A DNA stretch of 64,000 nucleotides from Alphaproteobacteria bacterium (GTDB lineage Bacteria > Pseudomonadota > Alphaproteobacteria > GCA-2731375): contig CBDDBZ010000034.1 in NCBI GenBank assembly GCA_965225945.1, positions 64,001-128,000 of the forward strand, in the 5' to 3' direction. The position numbers and the translations under genes were made by a program. Below the pieces are notes generated by a model. The model was not told the DNA's origin. It made no database searches and saw only the letters and a program-made list of their open reading frames with translations. Shown here piece after piece: positions 50,865 to 62,873 of the stretch; the first letter of the stretch is position 1; the number at the start of each line of letters is the position of its first letter.

Positions 50865-52130
50865 ATGAAAGTCATGCAGTATGCGGCCATCGCGGTGGGC
50901 GGCCTGCTCGCGGCGAGCGTGATGGGGCAGGTGAGCGAGCTCGCCGCGCAACCCAAGGAAGTTCGAATCGGGGTGCTCTACCCCCTGACCGGCGCGGTGG
51001 CGAAGGCCGGCAACGACGTGCTGGCCGCCGCCAAGACCGCGCTCGACATCGTCAACAACAAGCACGATCTGGATCTGCTGCTGGCCCGCACCGAGGGCCT
51101 GCCGAACCTGGGCGGCGCCAAGGTGCGCTTCATCATCGCCGACCATCAGGGCAAGCCCGAGATCGGCCGCGCCGAGGCCGAGCGGCTGATCACCCAGGAG
51201 AAGGTGGTGGCGCTCTACGGCGCCTATCATTCCAGCGTCTCGGCCGCCGCCAGCAACGTCGCGGAGCGGATGCAAATCCCCTTCCTCACCGGTGAATCCT
51301 CCTCGCCCAAGCTGCACCGGCGGGGCTTCAAGTGGTTCTTCCGGGCCGGCCCGCACGACGGCCACTACACCAAGACCATGTTCGACTTCATGCGCGACTT
51401 CGCCAAGAAGAAGGGCATCGAAATCAAATCCGTCGCGATCATGCACGAGGACACACAGTTCGGCGTCGATAGCGCCCGGGTGCAGGAGGAGCTCGCCAAG
51501 GAAGCCGGCTTGGAGGTCAAGTTGAAGATGGCGTACCGCTCCAAGACGACCTCGCTGGTCGCCGAGATACAAAAGCTGAAGGCGGCCAACGCCGACGTCT
51601 TCATGCCGACCTCCTATACCACGGACGCGCTGTTGTTCATGCGCACGGCGAAGGAGCTGAACTATCTGCCCAAGCTGATCATCGCCCAGAATGCCGGCTT
51701 CTCCGACAACTCCTTCATGGAGATCATGGGCAAGCGGGCGAACGGCATCATCTCGCGCTCGCCCTTCTCGGTCGACATGGTCGAGAAGCTCCCGGTGCTG
51801 AAGAAGGTGAACGAGATCTATCACAAGTATTCCGGTGGGCACGATATCTACGAGCCGATCCGCAGTTTCGTCGGCGCCTGGATCCTGATGGAGGCGATCA
51901 ACCGGGCGGGCTCCGCCGATCCGCGCAAGATCCGCGATGCCCTGCGCGCGACCGACATGGCCGAGGGCGACGTGCCGATGCCCTGGAAGGGCGTCAAGTT
52001 CGGGGCCGACGGCCAGAACAACCTGGTCAGCACGGTGATGATTCAGGTGCACGACGGCGCCTATCAGTCGATCTACCCGTTCAACGTGGCGGCGAAGGAC
52101 GTGATCTACCCCTTCCCCGCCTGGGAATAG
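50865..52130 (+). CDS. ABC substrate-binding protein (LivK/LivJ-like), divergent from its permeases
   Basis: Signal peptide, IGVLYPLTG, GAYHSSVS; GGAGGGAG RBS. Confidence 0.9.
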   Translation: MKVMQYAAIAVGGLLAASVMGQVSELAAQPKEVRIGVLYPLTGAVAKAGNDVLAAAKTALDIVNNKHDLDLLLARTEGLPNLGGAKVRFIIADHQGKPEIGRAEAERLITQEKVVALYGAYHSSVSAAASNVAERMQIPFLTGESSSPKLHRRGFKWFFRAGPHDGHYTKTMFDFMRDFAKKKGIEIKSVAIMHEDTQFGVDSARVQEELAKEAGLEVKLKMAYRSKTTSLVAEIQKLKAANADVFMPTSYTTDALLFMRTAKELNYLPKLIIAQNAGFSDNSFMEIMGKRANGIISRSPFSVDMVEKLPVLKKVNEIYHKYSGGHDIYEPIRSFVGAWILMEAINRAGSADPRKIRDALRATDMAEGDVPMPWKGVKFGADGQNNLVSTVMIQVHDGAYQSIYPFNVAAKDVIYPFPAWE

Positions 52131-52225
52131 CGCGCGCGGATCGTAACTCCGAGTGTGTCGGGAGGGCGGGATCGCCGGATTCCGCCCCCTCGATTTCCGG
52201 CTTCGTAAAGTCGATCCTTGGCGGA

Positions 52226-53833
<1,608 letters not shown>

Positions 53834-54026
53834 TGTCGCTTCCTCCCCGCCGAAGGGGTCGCGCGCGAACGTGACGGACGCTTATACGTCGACCGAGGTG
53901 TACGGCCAGCGTCCCCCCAACTGCCTCACCCGTTCTATACGTGAGCGATGTCGGACTGACAACACTTCGGCGTCAAATCGGCCGTCGACGGTGGCGGCCT
54001 ACCGCCCGTGGGCGGCGTAAACGCTC

Positions 54027-54770
54027 TCAATTCATCGCCGAATTCCGCGCTCGCCGTGTCAGCCGCACCAATTGGCGCCGAGCCTCCTCGGCGTCCCTTG
54101 CCTCGGCCTCGAAGGTGAGCCTCGCCACCTCGCCGCCGCGCCGGAGATCGCAGCCGACCGAATCGCAGCCGGTCATGGACCACCCCTCGCCAACGAGGCC
54201 GAGTAGACGCTCGGCACATAGGTCGATGGCGTGGCCATGATCCTCGTTCATGTGGGCGACGATTGCCCCCTCGGCCTCGACGAGGGGGGCTTCCAGCGCC
54301 GCCGGGACGAGCAGCTCGCCGGCCTCGATCGAGTTGATGCGACCGAATCCAGCGACCAGATGGGCGCGCTCCACGACCAAGCGATAGAAGGCGAAGTCGG
54401 CGAAGTCGGCATAGCCGGCGGCGTCGGGATGGCGGGCGAGGAAGCGGGCGCGGTGGCGCGCCGCCTCGCTCACGCGGGCGCGCGCGTGGACGCTCAGACG
54501 CGGCCCGCTCAGACGGCTCTCGAGGCCCGGCGTGCCGTCTAGCAGCAAGCAGACCCGGTCGTCCGCCGCGATGTTTCGCGTGTGCTCCGCCAGCTCGGAC
54601 AGCAGCAGGAGGGGTGAGAGATCGTGATCGACGGCGAGCAGGACGAGCGAGGCGTTGGGTCCGCCATCGTCGCGCCGAAGCGTCGCCAGGGAGGCCACCT
54701 CGCGGCTGCGCAACAGCGCGCGTGCCGCCTGGATCGCGACCGCGCGGTCCTTGGCCCCCTCCCGGCTCAC
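54027..54770 (-). CDS. HugZ / pyridoxamine 5'-phosphate oxidase family protein
   Basis: SLATL, LSELAEHTRNI, YADFADF, HLVAGFGRI, VAHMNEDH. Confidence 0.85.
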   Translation of the reverse strand: MSREGAKDRAVAIQAARALLRSREVASLATLRRDDGGPNASLVLLAVDHDLSPLLLLSELAEHTRNIAADDRVCLLLDGTPGLESRLSGPRLSVHARARVSEAARHRARFLARHPDAAGYADFADFAFYRLVVERAHLVAGFGRINSIEAGELLVPAALEAPLVEAEGAIVAHMNEDHGHAIDLCAERLLGLVGEGWSMTGCDSVGCDLRRGGEVARLTFEAEARDAEEARRQLVRLTRRARNSAMN

Positions 54771-54785
54771 GACTATGGTCCCGCC

Positions 54786-56165
54786 ATGATCGAGAGCGAC
54801 GGCAAATTCGAAGCCCCCGGACGGGCTCCGCAGACGCCGTGGCGGGCGCAGTTCGGGCGCCTGGCGCGGCTCGCCACGCCCATCGCCCTCTCTCGCCTCG
54901 CGATGCTGCTCATCGTCATCGAGGATATCGTCTTTCTCGGCCACGTCGACAGTCTCGAGCTCGCGCATTACGGCATCGCCAACGCGGTCTTCATGGTCCT
55001 GTTGCTGAGCGGCGTGGGCATGTCGATCGGCGTCGTCGTGCTGACCTCGCAGACGCTCGGCGCCGGCGAGGGCGAGACGGCGGTCACGGTGTTCGGTGTC
55101 GGCATGGCGCACGCGGTGCTAATGGGCGCGGCGGCCGTCCTGCTGGCCTTCGCCGGCGAGCGAATTTTCCTAGCGATCGGCCACGCCCCGGAACTCGCCG
55201 CCGGCTCCGGGCGGGCCCTCGAGGTGTTGGCGTTCGGTATTCCGGGCGCCTTGATCTTCACCGTCGCCACCTTGTTCCTGGAAGCCTTCGGGCGTCCCCA
55301 TGCCGGTGTCGTGGTGATGATCGCCGCCAATCTCGTCAACATCGCGCTCAACGTCTGGCTGCTGGACTCAGGCCCGGACCTCGGGCTGGACCCGGCCGAG
55401 GCGGTGGCGCTGGCCTCGACGATCGCGCGGGTCGCGATGGCGCTCGCCATGGTGGTTCATGTCCTGGCACGGGCCGCGCGGATGACGATCGGTTCCTTCG
55501 ATCTGAACGCCGTGCTGGCGGTCAGCCGCAAGCTCAGGCGCATCGGTTATGCGATGGGTCTCGCCCAGGGCCTCGAATCGCTGGCCTTCGCCAGCCTTAC
55601 GATCGTCTCCGGCTACCTCGGCGCAACCGCGGTCGCGGCCTTCCAGGTGATCATGCAGTTCATGGCCTTCGCCTTCATGGGCGCGGTCGGGGTAGCCACG
55701 GCGACGGCGGTCGAGGTCGGACGCGCCGTCGGGCGCGGCGATCGGCTCGGGATCCGACGCGCCGGTTGGTGCGGGCTCGGCGTCATTACGTTTTACATGG
55801 GGGCCGTGACGCTTCTCTTGGTGCTCGCGCCCGAGGCCTTGACCCAGGCGCTCACCTCCGATCGGGAGGTCGTGGCGCTCGCGCTGCCGGCCCTCTTCGT
55901 CGTCGCCTTCATGCTGATCCCGGACGGCGCCCAGGGTGTCTTGATGGGCGCGCTGCGCGGCACCGGCGATGCCTGGGTGCCGACGGTGATGCACCTCTTC
56001 GCCTTCCTGGTGGTCATGGTGCCGGCGGCCAGGCTGCTGGCGATCGAGGCGGGCCTGGGCGTCGGCGGGCTGATCGGCGGGACGCTGTTGGGGGTCTCCC
56101 TCGCCACGGTGCTGCTGGCGGCGCGGTTCTGGGTGATAAGCGGGCGCGATGTCCGCCCGCTCTGA
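54786..56165 (+). CDS. MATE family efflux transporter
   Basis: About 12 TM helices; RLATPIAL, DGAQGVLMGALRGTGD. Confidence 0.88.
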   Translation: MIESDGKFEAPGRAPQTPWRAQFGRLARLATPIALSRLAMLLIVIEDIVFLGHVDSLELAHYGIANAVFMVLLLSGVGMSIGVVVLTSQTLGAGEGETAVTVFGVGMAHAVLMGAAAVLLAFAGERIFLAIGHAPELAAGSGRALEVLAFGIPGALIFTVATLFLEAFGRPHAGVVVMIAANLVNIALNVWLLDSGPDLGLDPAEAVALASTIARVAMALAMVVHVLARAARMTIGSFDLNAVLAVSRKLRRIGYAMGLAQGLESLAFASLTIVSGYLGATAVAAFQVIMQFMAFAFMGAVGVATATAVEVGRAVGRGDRLGIRRAGWCGLGVITFYMGAVTLLLVLAPEALTQALTSDREVVALALPALFVVAFMLIPDGAQGVLMGALRGTGDAWVPTVMHLFAFLVVMVPAARLLAIEAGLGVGGLIGGTLLGVSLATVLLAARFWVISGRDVRPL

Positions 56166-56339
56166 GGGGGAGCGGGGCGGGCGAGGACCATGTTCGTTGG
56201 CATGGCTCCCCTTCCCTGGACAAGGCCCGAGACCGCCTCGAATCGGCCCCCTGGCGGCCACGAAAGCGCCATATTGCCGGGTGAGGCTGAAATCGACCAT
56301 CGCCGGCCCTACATAATGCGAGGTCAAGGGGGAGAACCG

Positions 56340-57041
56340 ATGGCGACAACGATCGCGCTCGTCGACGACGACCAAAACATTCTCGCTTCGGTCTCGATGG
56401 CGCTCGAAGCGGAAGGCTTCAAGGTCAGAACCTACAGCGACGGCGCCAGCGCGCTGCGCGAGTTGAGCCAGCGCCCGGCCGACCTCGGCGTCTTCGACAT
56501 CAAGATGCCCGGGCTGGACGGCATGGACCTGCTCGCCCGATTGCGTCGCGACAGCACCATGCCGGTGATCTTCCTCACCTCGAAGGACGACGAGACCGAC
56601 GAGGTGCTGGGCTTGAAGATGGGCGCCGACGACTACATCCGGAAGCCCTTCTCCCAGCGCCTGCTGATCGAACGCATCCGGGCGGTACTGCGGCGCAGCG
56701 AGGAATTGGGCCCGGCCGGCGCGAGCGGCGAGGCCGCCAAGGCGATCCGGCGGGGCGAGCTCAGCCTCGATCCTGTGCGCCACGTCTGCACCTGGAAGGG
56801 CGAGACGCTTCAGCTCACCGTCACCGAGTTCCTGATCCTGCAGTCGCTGGTGCTCCATCCGGGCCACGTGAAGACGCGCGATCAGTTGATGGACGCCGCC
56901 TACGACGACAACGTCTATGTCGACGACCGGACCATCGACAGCCACATCAAACGCCTCAGGCGCAAGTTCAAGGAGGCGGATCCCGAGTTCGGCGCCATCA
57001 CGACGCTTTACGGCCTCGGGTACCGCTTTCAGGTGGAATAG
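56340..57041 (+). CDS. chvI: Two-component response regulator ChvI
   Basis: [32 protein letters not shown]; synteny with pckA and chvG. Confidence 0.92.
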   Translation: MATTIALVDDDQNILASVSMALEAEGFKVRTYSDGASALRELSQRPADLGVFDIKMPGLDGMDLLARLRRDSTMPVIFLTSKDDETDEVLGLKMGADDYIRKPFSQRLLIERIRAVLRRSEELGPAGASGEAAKAIRRGELSLDPVRHVCTWKGETLQLTVTEFLILQSLVLHPGHVKTRDQLMDAAYDDNVYVDDRTIDSHIKRLRRKFKEADPEFGAITTLYGLGYRFQVE

Positions 57042-57043
57042 CG

Positions 57044-58714
57044 ATGGAAGGAGCGTCGAGAGTGGCGTTCGGCGGGCCCGGACCGAGGCCAACGGCCATC
57101 GCGGCGCCCCCGCTCTCCCGTGGCGCCGCCGACCGCAAGCGCCGCTTCAGCTCGCTCACGCTCCGTATCCTGGCGCCAAACGTCTTGGCGCTGGCGATCC
57201 TGGTGGGTGGTGTCTTCTATCTCGATCACTATCGCGGCGGCCTGCTGGACGCGAAGATCGCCTCGTTGCAGACCCAGGCCGAAGTGTTGGCCAGCGCGGT
57301 GGCGGAAAGCGCCCTCACGGGCCCGCCGGAAGCCCGCGTCGTCGATGCCGTCGCCGCCGGCCGCATCCTCAGCCGCCTGATCGTGCCGACGGGAACGCGC
57401 GCGCGCCTCTTCCATCGCGACGGCCGCCTGATCGCCGACAGCCGCCTCCTCGTCTCCGCCGGGCGGGACGTCCAGCTCAAGTTCCTGGCCCCGCGCGAGG
57501 ACGGCGATCTCGCCACCGAGCTCTTGTCGGAGCTCTACGACTGGGTCCTGCCCAGGCTGCCGAGCCGGGGCAGCTTCCCGCCTTACCGCGAACGGATCGA
57601 CCAGCGGGCGGGCGATTATGGCGAGACGGCGGGCGCGCTCGCCGGCGAGATCGGCGGCGCCATCCGCCAGGACGAGGAGGGCGGGCTGATCCTCTCCGTC
57701 GCCGCGCCGGTGCGCGAGCTCCATGGCGTGCTCGGCGCCCTGATGCTGACCGCGGACGGACGCGACATCGCCGAAAACGTGCGGCGGGTCCGCGTCGGGG
57801 TCCTGGAGGTCTTCGCGGTCAGCCTCGCCATCACGGTGCTGTTGTCGATGTTCCTCGCCGGCACCATCGCTCGGCCGGTCCGCCGCCTCGCCCGGGCCGC
57901 TGATCAAGTGCGCCGCTGGCGCGGGCAGCGGGTGGTGATCCCCGACCTGCGCAACCGCAAGGACGAAATCGGCGATCTCTCGGCGGCGCTCGGTGCCATG
58001 ACCGAGGCGCTCTACGCCCGGCTCGACGCGATCGACGCCTTCGCCGCCGACGTCGCGCACGAGCTGAGGAATCCCCTGAGCTCGCTACGCAGTGCGGTGG
58101 AGACGCTCTCGGCCACCGCCACGCCCGAACAGCGCCAGCGCCTCTTCGAGATCATCAAGCAGGACATCGACCGCCTCGACCGGCTGATCAGCGAGATCTC
58201 CGACGCCAGCCGCATCGACGCCGAGATGTCGCGGGCCGAGGCCGAGCCGTTCGACCTGACGGAACTGCTGGCGGCGCTGGCCGATGTGTATCGCGCGCGG
58301 CACGGCGAGACGGGCCCGGAATTCCGCCTGGAGCTGGCGGCTAGCGGGCCCCTGGTGATCGAGGGGTTGTCGAATCGCCTCGCGCAGGCGGTCGAGAACC
58401 TGTTGTCGAACGCCTATTCCTTCAGCCCGCGGGGCGGCGTGGTTCGGCTGTCGCTCAGCCGCGAGGCCGGCTTGGCCGTACTGGTGGTCGACGACGACGG
58501 CCCCGGCGTACCCGAGCGGGGCGCCGAGCGGATCTTCGAGCGCTTCTACAGCGCGCGCCCCAAGGGCGAGAGCTTCGGCCGCCATTCCGGCCTCGGCCTC
58601 TCCATCGCCAAGCAGATCGTGGAGGCGCACGGTGGCACCATCGAGGCCGGCAATCGCCACGACGAGAGCGGCACGATACTGGGCGCGCGCTTCGTGGTCC
58701 GGTTGCCGATCTGA
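57044..58714 (+). CDS. chvG: Sensor histidine kinase ChvG
   Basis: SLTLRIL..N, HAMP, ADVAHELRNPL, HSGLGLSI. Confidence 0.9.
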   Translation: MEGASRVAFGGPGPRPTAIAAPPLSRGAADRKRRFSSLTLRILAPNVLALAILVGGVFYLDHYRGGLLDAKIASLQTQAEVLASAVAESALTGPPEARVVDAVAAGRILSRLIVPTGTRARLFHRDGRLIADSRLLVSAGRDVQLKFLAPREDGDLATELLSELYDWVLPRLPSRGSFPPYRERIDQRAGDYGETAGALAGEIGGAIRQDEEGGLILSVAAPVRELHGVLGALMLTADGRDIAENVRRVRVGVLEVFAVSLAITVLLSMFLAGTIARPVRRLARAADQVRRWRGQRVVIPDLRNRKDEIGDLSAALGAMTEALYARLDAIDAFAADVAHELRNPLSSLRSAVETLSATATPEQRQRLFEIIKQDIDRLDRLISEISDASRIDAEMSRAEAEPFDLTELLAALADVYRARHGETGPEFRLELAASGPLVIEGLSNRLAQAVENLLSNAYSFSPRGGVVRLSLSREAGLAVLVVDDDGPGVPERGAERIFERFYSARPKGESFGRHSGLGLSIAKQIVEAHGGTIEAGNRHDESGTILGARFVVRLPI

Positions 58715-58782
58715 GGTCCGCCACCCGTCGCCGCGCCCGTCGTCGTTGACGCCGCCCGATCGGCCTTGCAGGCTCGGCCCCG

Positions 58783-59232
58783 ATGACATTGATCCACGCC
58801 ACCTGCGTCGAGTTCGAGGGCACGGGCGTGCTGCTCCGGGGGCCCAGCGGCGCCGGCAAGTCCGACCTCGCGCTCCGCATGATCGACGCCGGCTGGGCGC
58901 TGGTGTCGGACGATCAGGTCGATTTGGCGGTGCTCGGGCGCCGCCTCGAGGCGGCGCCGCCCCAGGCGCTGGCCGGTCTGCTGGAAGTCCGGGGCATCGG
59001 CCTGGTCCGCTTGCCCCATCGGGACCGAAGCTTCGTCGGCCTGGTCGCCGAGTTGGATCCGGCGGCGCCGATCGAGCGCATGCCGACCGCCCGCGATATC
59101 GAAATTCTCGGCGTGACCGTGGCGCTGGTCGCGCTCCGCGCCTTCGAGGCGTCCGCCCCGGCCAAGCTGCGGCTTGTCGCGCGCGGCCTCGACTTGCATA
59201 GTTGCGCGGAGCCAAAGCCCTACCGTCGATGA
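58783..59232 (+). CDS. hprK: HPr kinase/phosphorylase (short alphaproteobacterial type)
   Basis: IHATCV, GPSGAGKSDLAL, LVSDD, LEVRGIG. Confidence 0.9.
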   Translation: MTLIHATCVEFEGTGVLLRGPSGAGKSDLALRMIDAGWALVSDDQVDLAVLGRRLEAAPPQALAGLLEVRGIGLVRLPHRDRSFVGLVAELDPAAPIERMPTARDIEILGVTVALVALRAFEASAPAKLRLVARGLDLHSCAEPKPYRR

Positions 59233-60155
59233 CAGCCGAGATGAGCCCCTGCCGCGAGACCGCCGAGCCTTTTCGCGTCCTCCTGGTGACGGGCATGTCC
59301 GGCGCCGGCAAGACCGCCGCGCTGAAGAGCCTCGAGGATCTCGGCTACGAGGTCGTCGACAACCTGCCCCTCAACCTGGTCGGCCGCCTGGTCGACCCGG
59401 CCAGCATCCGCGCCGGCGGCCACGAGGCGATCGCCATCGGCGTCGATTTTCGCACCCGGGGGTTCGAGGCGGAAATTTTCGCCCGGATCCTGGCACCACT
59501 CCGCGCCCGCGCGGACGTGCGTCTCGGCGTGTTGTTCCTCGATTGCGACGACGAGATCCTGGCCCGCCGCTTCGCGGAAACACGCCACCGCCACCCGCTG
59601 GGAGACGACCGGCCGGTCGCCGACTCCATCCGTCAGGAACGCCGGGCGATGCGCCCGATCATCGAACTGGCCGACGTCGTGGTCGACACCTCGCCGCTCA
59701 CCATCCACGATCTGAAGCGGCGCCTGGAGGCGGAATATCGGCTCGACTCGACGCGCCCGATGGCCGTGCAGATCCTGTCCTTCTCCTACCGCTTCGGCGT
59801 GCCGAGGGAAGCCGATCTCGTGTTCGATGCCCGCTTCCTCGCCAATCCCCATTACGACGAGACGCTCAGGCCGTTGGACGGCCGCGACCCCCCGGTGGCG
59901 CGGCACATCGAGGCGGACCCGGCCTACGCGCCCTTTTTCGACAAGGTGGCGGACCTGCTGCGGATGGTCCTGCCGTTGCACCGGCGGGAAGGAAAGAGCT
60001 ATTTGACGATCGCGATCGGCTGTACCGGCGGGCGACACCGCTCGGTCTTCCTTTGCGAGAGCATTGCGCACGCGCTCGGCGCGGACGGTAACGAGGTCGA
60101 GATTCGCCATCGCGACCTGGCGGTCGGCGAGAAGGAGGGGGCGAGGCGGGCATGA
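59229..60155 (+). CDS. rapZ: RNase adapter RapZ
   Basis: TGMSGAGKT, VDNLP, ETRHRHPL, GCTGGRHRSV. Confidence 0.92.
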   Translation: MTAEMSPCRETAEPFRVLLVTGMSGAGKTAALKSLEDLGYEVVDNLPLNLVGRLVDPASIRAGGHEAIAIGVDFRTRGFEAEIFARILAPLRARADVRLGVLFLDCDDEILARRFAETRHRHPLGDDRPVADSIRQERRAMRPIIELADVVVDTSPLTIHDLKRRLEAEYRLDSTRPMAVQILSFSYRFGVPREADLVFDARFLANPHYDETLRPLDGRDPPVARHIEADPAYAPFFDKVADLLRMVLPLHRREGKSYLTIAIGCTGGRHRSVFLCESIAHALGADGNEVEIRHRDLAVGEKEGARRA

Positions 60156-60559
60156 TCGGCATCGTACTGGTGACCCACGGCCGCTTGGCCGAAGAGTTCG
60201 TGGCCGCGCTGGAACATGTGGTCGGTCCGCAGGAGGCGATCCGAACCGTGTGCATCGGCCCCGACGACGACATGGAGGCGCGCCGCCGCGAGATCCTCGA
60301 CGCGGTGCGGGAGGTCGATCAGGGCGACGGCGTCATCCTGCTCACCGACATGTTCGGCGGCACGCCGTCGAACCTGGCGATCAGCATGTTGGATCACGGC
60401 AAGGTCGAGGTCGTCGCCGGCATGAACCTGCCGATGCTGATCAAGCTGACCAGCGTCAGGACCACGTCGAATTTGCCGGCGGCCGTGGAACAGGCGCAAG
60501 AGTCCGGGCGCAAGTACATCAACGTCGCCTCGAAGCTTCTGTCGGGCGACGACATTTGA
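60152..60559 (+). CDS. PTS EIIA (mannose/fructose type)
   Basis: MIGIVLVTHG, LTDMFGGTPSN, GMNLPML. Confidence 0.93.
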   Translation: MIGIVLVTHGRLAEEFVAALEHVVGPQEAIRTVCIGPDDDMEARRREILDAVREVDQGDGVILLTDMFGGTPSNLAISMLDHGKVEVVAGMNLPMLIKLTSVRTTSNLPAAVEQAQESGRKYINVASKLLSGDDI

Positions 60560-60849
60560 CGCCGGAAGGGGACGCGGCGGTCACCTTGCGAAGCGTGCTG
60601 ACCATCGTCAACGAGCGCGGCTTGCACGCGCGTGCCGCCGCCAAATTCGTCGAGTGCGCCGAGGCGCACGGCGCGGAGATCTGGGTCTCTCGCCTCGACA
60701 TGCGGGTGTCCGGCCGCTCGATTATGGGCCTGATGATGCTGGCGGCCGGGCTCGGCTGCGAGATCGTGGTGGAGGCGAACGGCGCCGGCGCGGCGGCCGC
60801 GATGGCGGCCATTACCGCCCTCGTCGGCGGCGGATTCGAAGAGGTATGA
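60556..60849 (+). CDS. Phosphocarrier protein HPr/NPr
   Basis: NERGLHARAAAKFV, SIMGLMML. Confidence 0.93.
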   Translation: MTPEGDAAVTLRSVLTIVNERGLHARAAAKFVECAEAHGAEIWVSRLDMRVSGRSIMGLMMLAAGLGCEIVVEANGAGAAAAMAAITALVGGGFEEV

Positions 60850-60884
60850 GCGCAGTGCCGAAATGCGGTCGCGCGCGAGCCGAT

Positions 60885-61313
60885 CTAACTCGAGCCCGTG
60901 AACGGGTTGCGGATCTCCACCCCGCCCAGCTTGCGTCCAGGCTGCATGTCTTCAGATAGGATGACGGCGCAGCCCGCCTCTCTGGCGGTGGCCCAGAGCA
61001 TGGCGTCCCAGAAAGATAGGCCGTGGTCGCGCATGGCCTCCGTGGCGGCATCGTAGTCGGCTCGGGTCGCCGCCGTGATGGGGAACAGGATTTGCCACGC
61101 GGTCGTGTATTCGATCGCCTCCGCGACGGTGGCGATGCTCTTGCGTGTCACGGCGTGGAAGAATTCACCGAGCGCCTGAACCGTCAGCCAGGCATCCCGT
61201 TCGGCGGACTCGAGGATAAGGTCACGGGCGAGGGTACGTTTTTCCCCAGCGTCCAGATCGACGGCGTAGATCAGGATGTTGGTGTCGAGCGTAAAACGGC
61301 CCTCAACGATCAT
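60885..61313 (-). CDS. PIN-domain VapC-like toxin
   Basis: LDTNILIY, QALGEF, SFWDAML, LSEDMQ, NPF. Confidence 0.9.
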   Translation of the reverse strand: MIVEGRFTLDTNILIYAVDLDAGEKRTLARDLILESAERDAWLTVQALGEFFHAVTRKSIATVAEAIEYTTAWQILFPITAATRADYDAATEAMRDHGLSFWDAMLWATAREAGCAVILSEDMQPGRKLGGVEIRNPFTGSS

Positions 61314-61551
61314 GGAGCGCGTCCCGATCGACCCCACGACCGCCCAGATGGAAGCCGTTCTCCAACAGCGTTTTCATGCGTGCGTAGGCCGCATGCCACT
61401 CCGGTTCCGCCGTCCGATCCACGTCATGGCGCACCAGCCGGGCGACCGGGCGACCGTGTCGGGTAATCAGATATTCCTCACCGGTTTCCTCCAATTCCCG
61501 CACCAGCTTGGACAGGTCTTGGTTGGCTTCGCGCAGCGATACGGTTTTCAT
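61303..61551 (-). CDS. Phd/YefM family antitoxin
   Basis: VSLREANQDLSKLV..ITRHGRPVARLV; overlaps the toxin start. Confidence 0.9.
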   Translation of the reverse strand: MKTVSLREANQDLSKLVRELEETGEEYLITRHGRPVARLVRHDVDRTAEPEWHAAYARMKTLLENGFHLGGRGVDRDALHDR

Positions 61552-61573
61552 TGCATAACTTTAATGTAGGAAT

Positions 61574-62691
61574 CTTGCCTATCCGGTTAACGCCCATGAC
61601 CGCTACATGTAGGGTGCCGCCACTCTCCCGAGTAAAGCTCGGCATAGGTTGGAGCAGAGGTGTCGCCCGCGATGCCGAGCAATGAGCGGAAGGCGTTGAA
61701 CGGGTAGAACCGCCTGTTGAAGCGGAAGGTGAACTCGTTGAGGTAGGCTTGTAGGTGCTGGTGGCTAACGCCGTGGTGGATACCGATCAGCCACGTCTTC
61801 AGGTTGGCGAAAACCAGATGGATGATCGGCAGGTATTGCTCGGCAACCTCTGGATCACCACCTCATCGCCATGAACTCGGCAACAGCGAAGTGCTCATAG
61901 CCGCGCTTACCGAGGCCAGCATAGCCGCTCCAATCGTCAGTAACGATCAGCGATCCCGGCGCGACGGTGCTCTCGACGAACCCACAGAGCGACTCGGCGC
62001 TACGGTCGAGCACGACGGCGAGCCGAACGCGTCCGGCATAGCGTCCGTCTTTCCGGTTGTCGAGCTTGGTGCCCGGCTTTCGATGACGCACCTCGATGGC
62101 ACAGGAGACGAGAACCTTGTGGTGAACACCACGGCCTTCCCCACGCGTTCGCCCGCCAACCCAGGTTTCGTCCACCTCAACATGGTTCTTGGGCTGTCCA
62201 CCGATCCTGTCTTGGTTGGGCCGCACCATGCCCGAGCGGAGCTTGTGGAGAATTTGAAAGGCCGTCTCGTAGCGCGAAAGACCAAGTTGCCGCTGAAACT
62301 GCACGGCGGACATGCCGGGCGTCTGACTGGCGACCAGATAAGCGGCCCAGAACCAGACGTTCAGCGGAGTGTGGCTACGCTCCATCACTGTTCCCACCGT
62401 CAGCCCGGTGTTCTGGCGGCACTTGCGGCAGCGCAGGACGCCAGGGCGGTTTTCAAAGTGGCACGGCTCTCCCGCCGTGCCGCAGTGCGGGCAGGCAAAG
62501 CCGTCTCCCCAGCGGGCTTTCTCCAGGTAGGCGGCGCAGGCCGCATCATCGGGGAAAAGTCGCTGGAACTCGGGTAGCGAATGCGGGAATGGGAGATCGG
62601 CGCGGTCGAGAACATCCATGGCGCGCTCCCCTATATCCGGTTTGCGCCCATTCTAGCCCTAGTGGGTGTGGGTGTAAACCGGATAGGCAAG
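61574..62691 (-). mobile_element. IS1595-family insertion sequence
   Basis: IRs cttgcctatccggtt / aaccggataggcaag; 8-bp TSD GTAGGAAT (61566-61573, 62692-62699). Confidence 0.92.
61587..62619 (-). pseudogene. IS1595 transposase frameshifted by a 13-bp insertion (61862-61874)
   Basis: Zinc ribbon, EVDETW, TDDWSGY; after the shift GDPEVAEQYLPIIHLVFANLK..YLNEFTFRFNRR. Confidence 0.85.
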
Positions 62692-62761
62692 GTAGGAATA
62701 TCCTACATATAGGGACAATGGTTTCCGGCGTCAATGCGCGGGCGGCCTCGGGACGTTAACG

Positions 62762-62780
62762 ATATAAAGATTTCCTTATG
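62762..62780. promoter_or_regulatory. Putative SahR-type operator upstream of ahcY
   Basis: atataaagatttccttatg resembles the ATATAAAG-N-CTTTATAT palindrome recalled for alphaproteobacterial SAM-cycle genes. Confidence 0.5.
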
Positions 62781-62873
62781 CTTGCTATGTCGCCGTGGCG
62801 TTGCTATGTCCCCGGGCGTCGGCCGTGGCGCGCGACGCGACGCTAAAACGACGCCTCAATTCAGGAGTAGACC

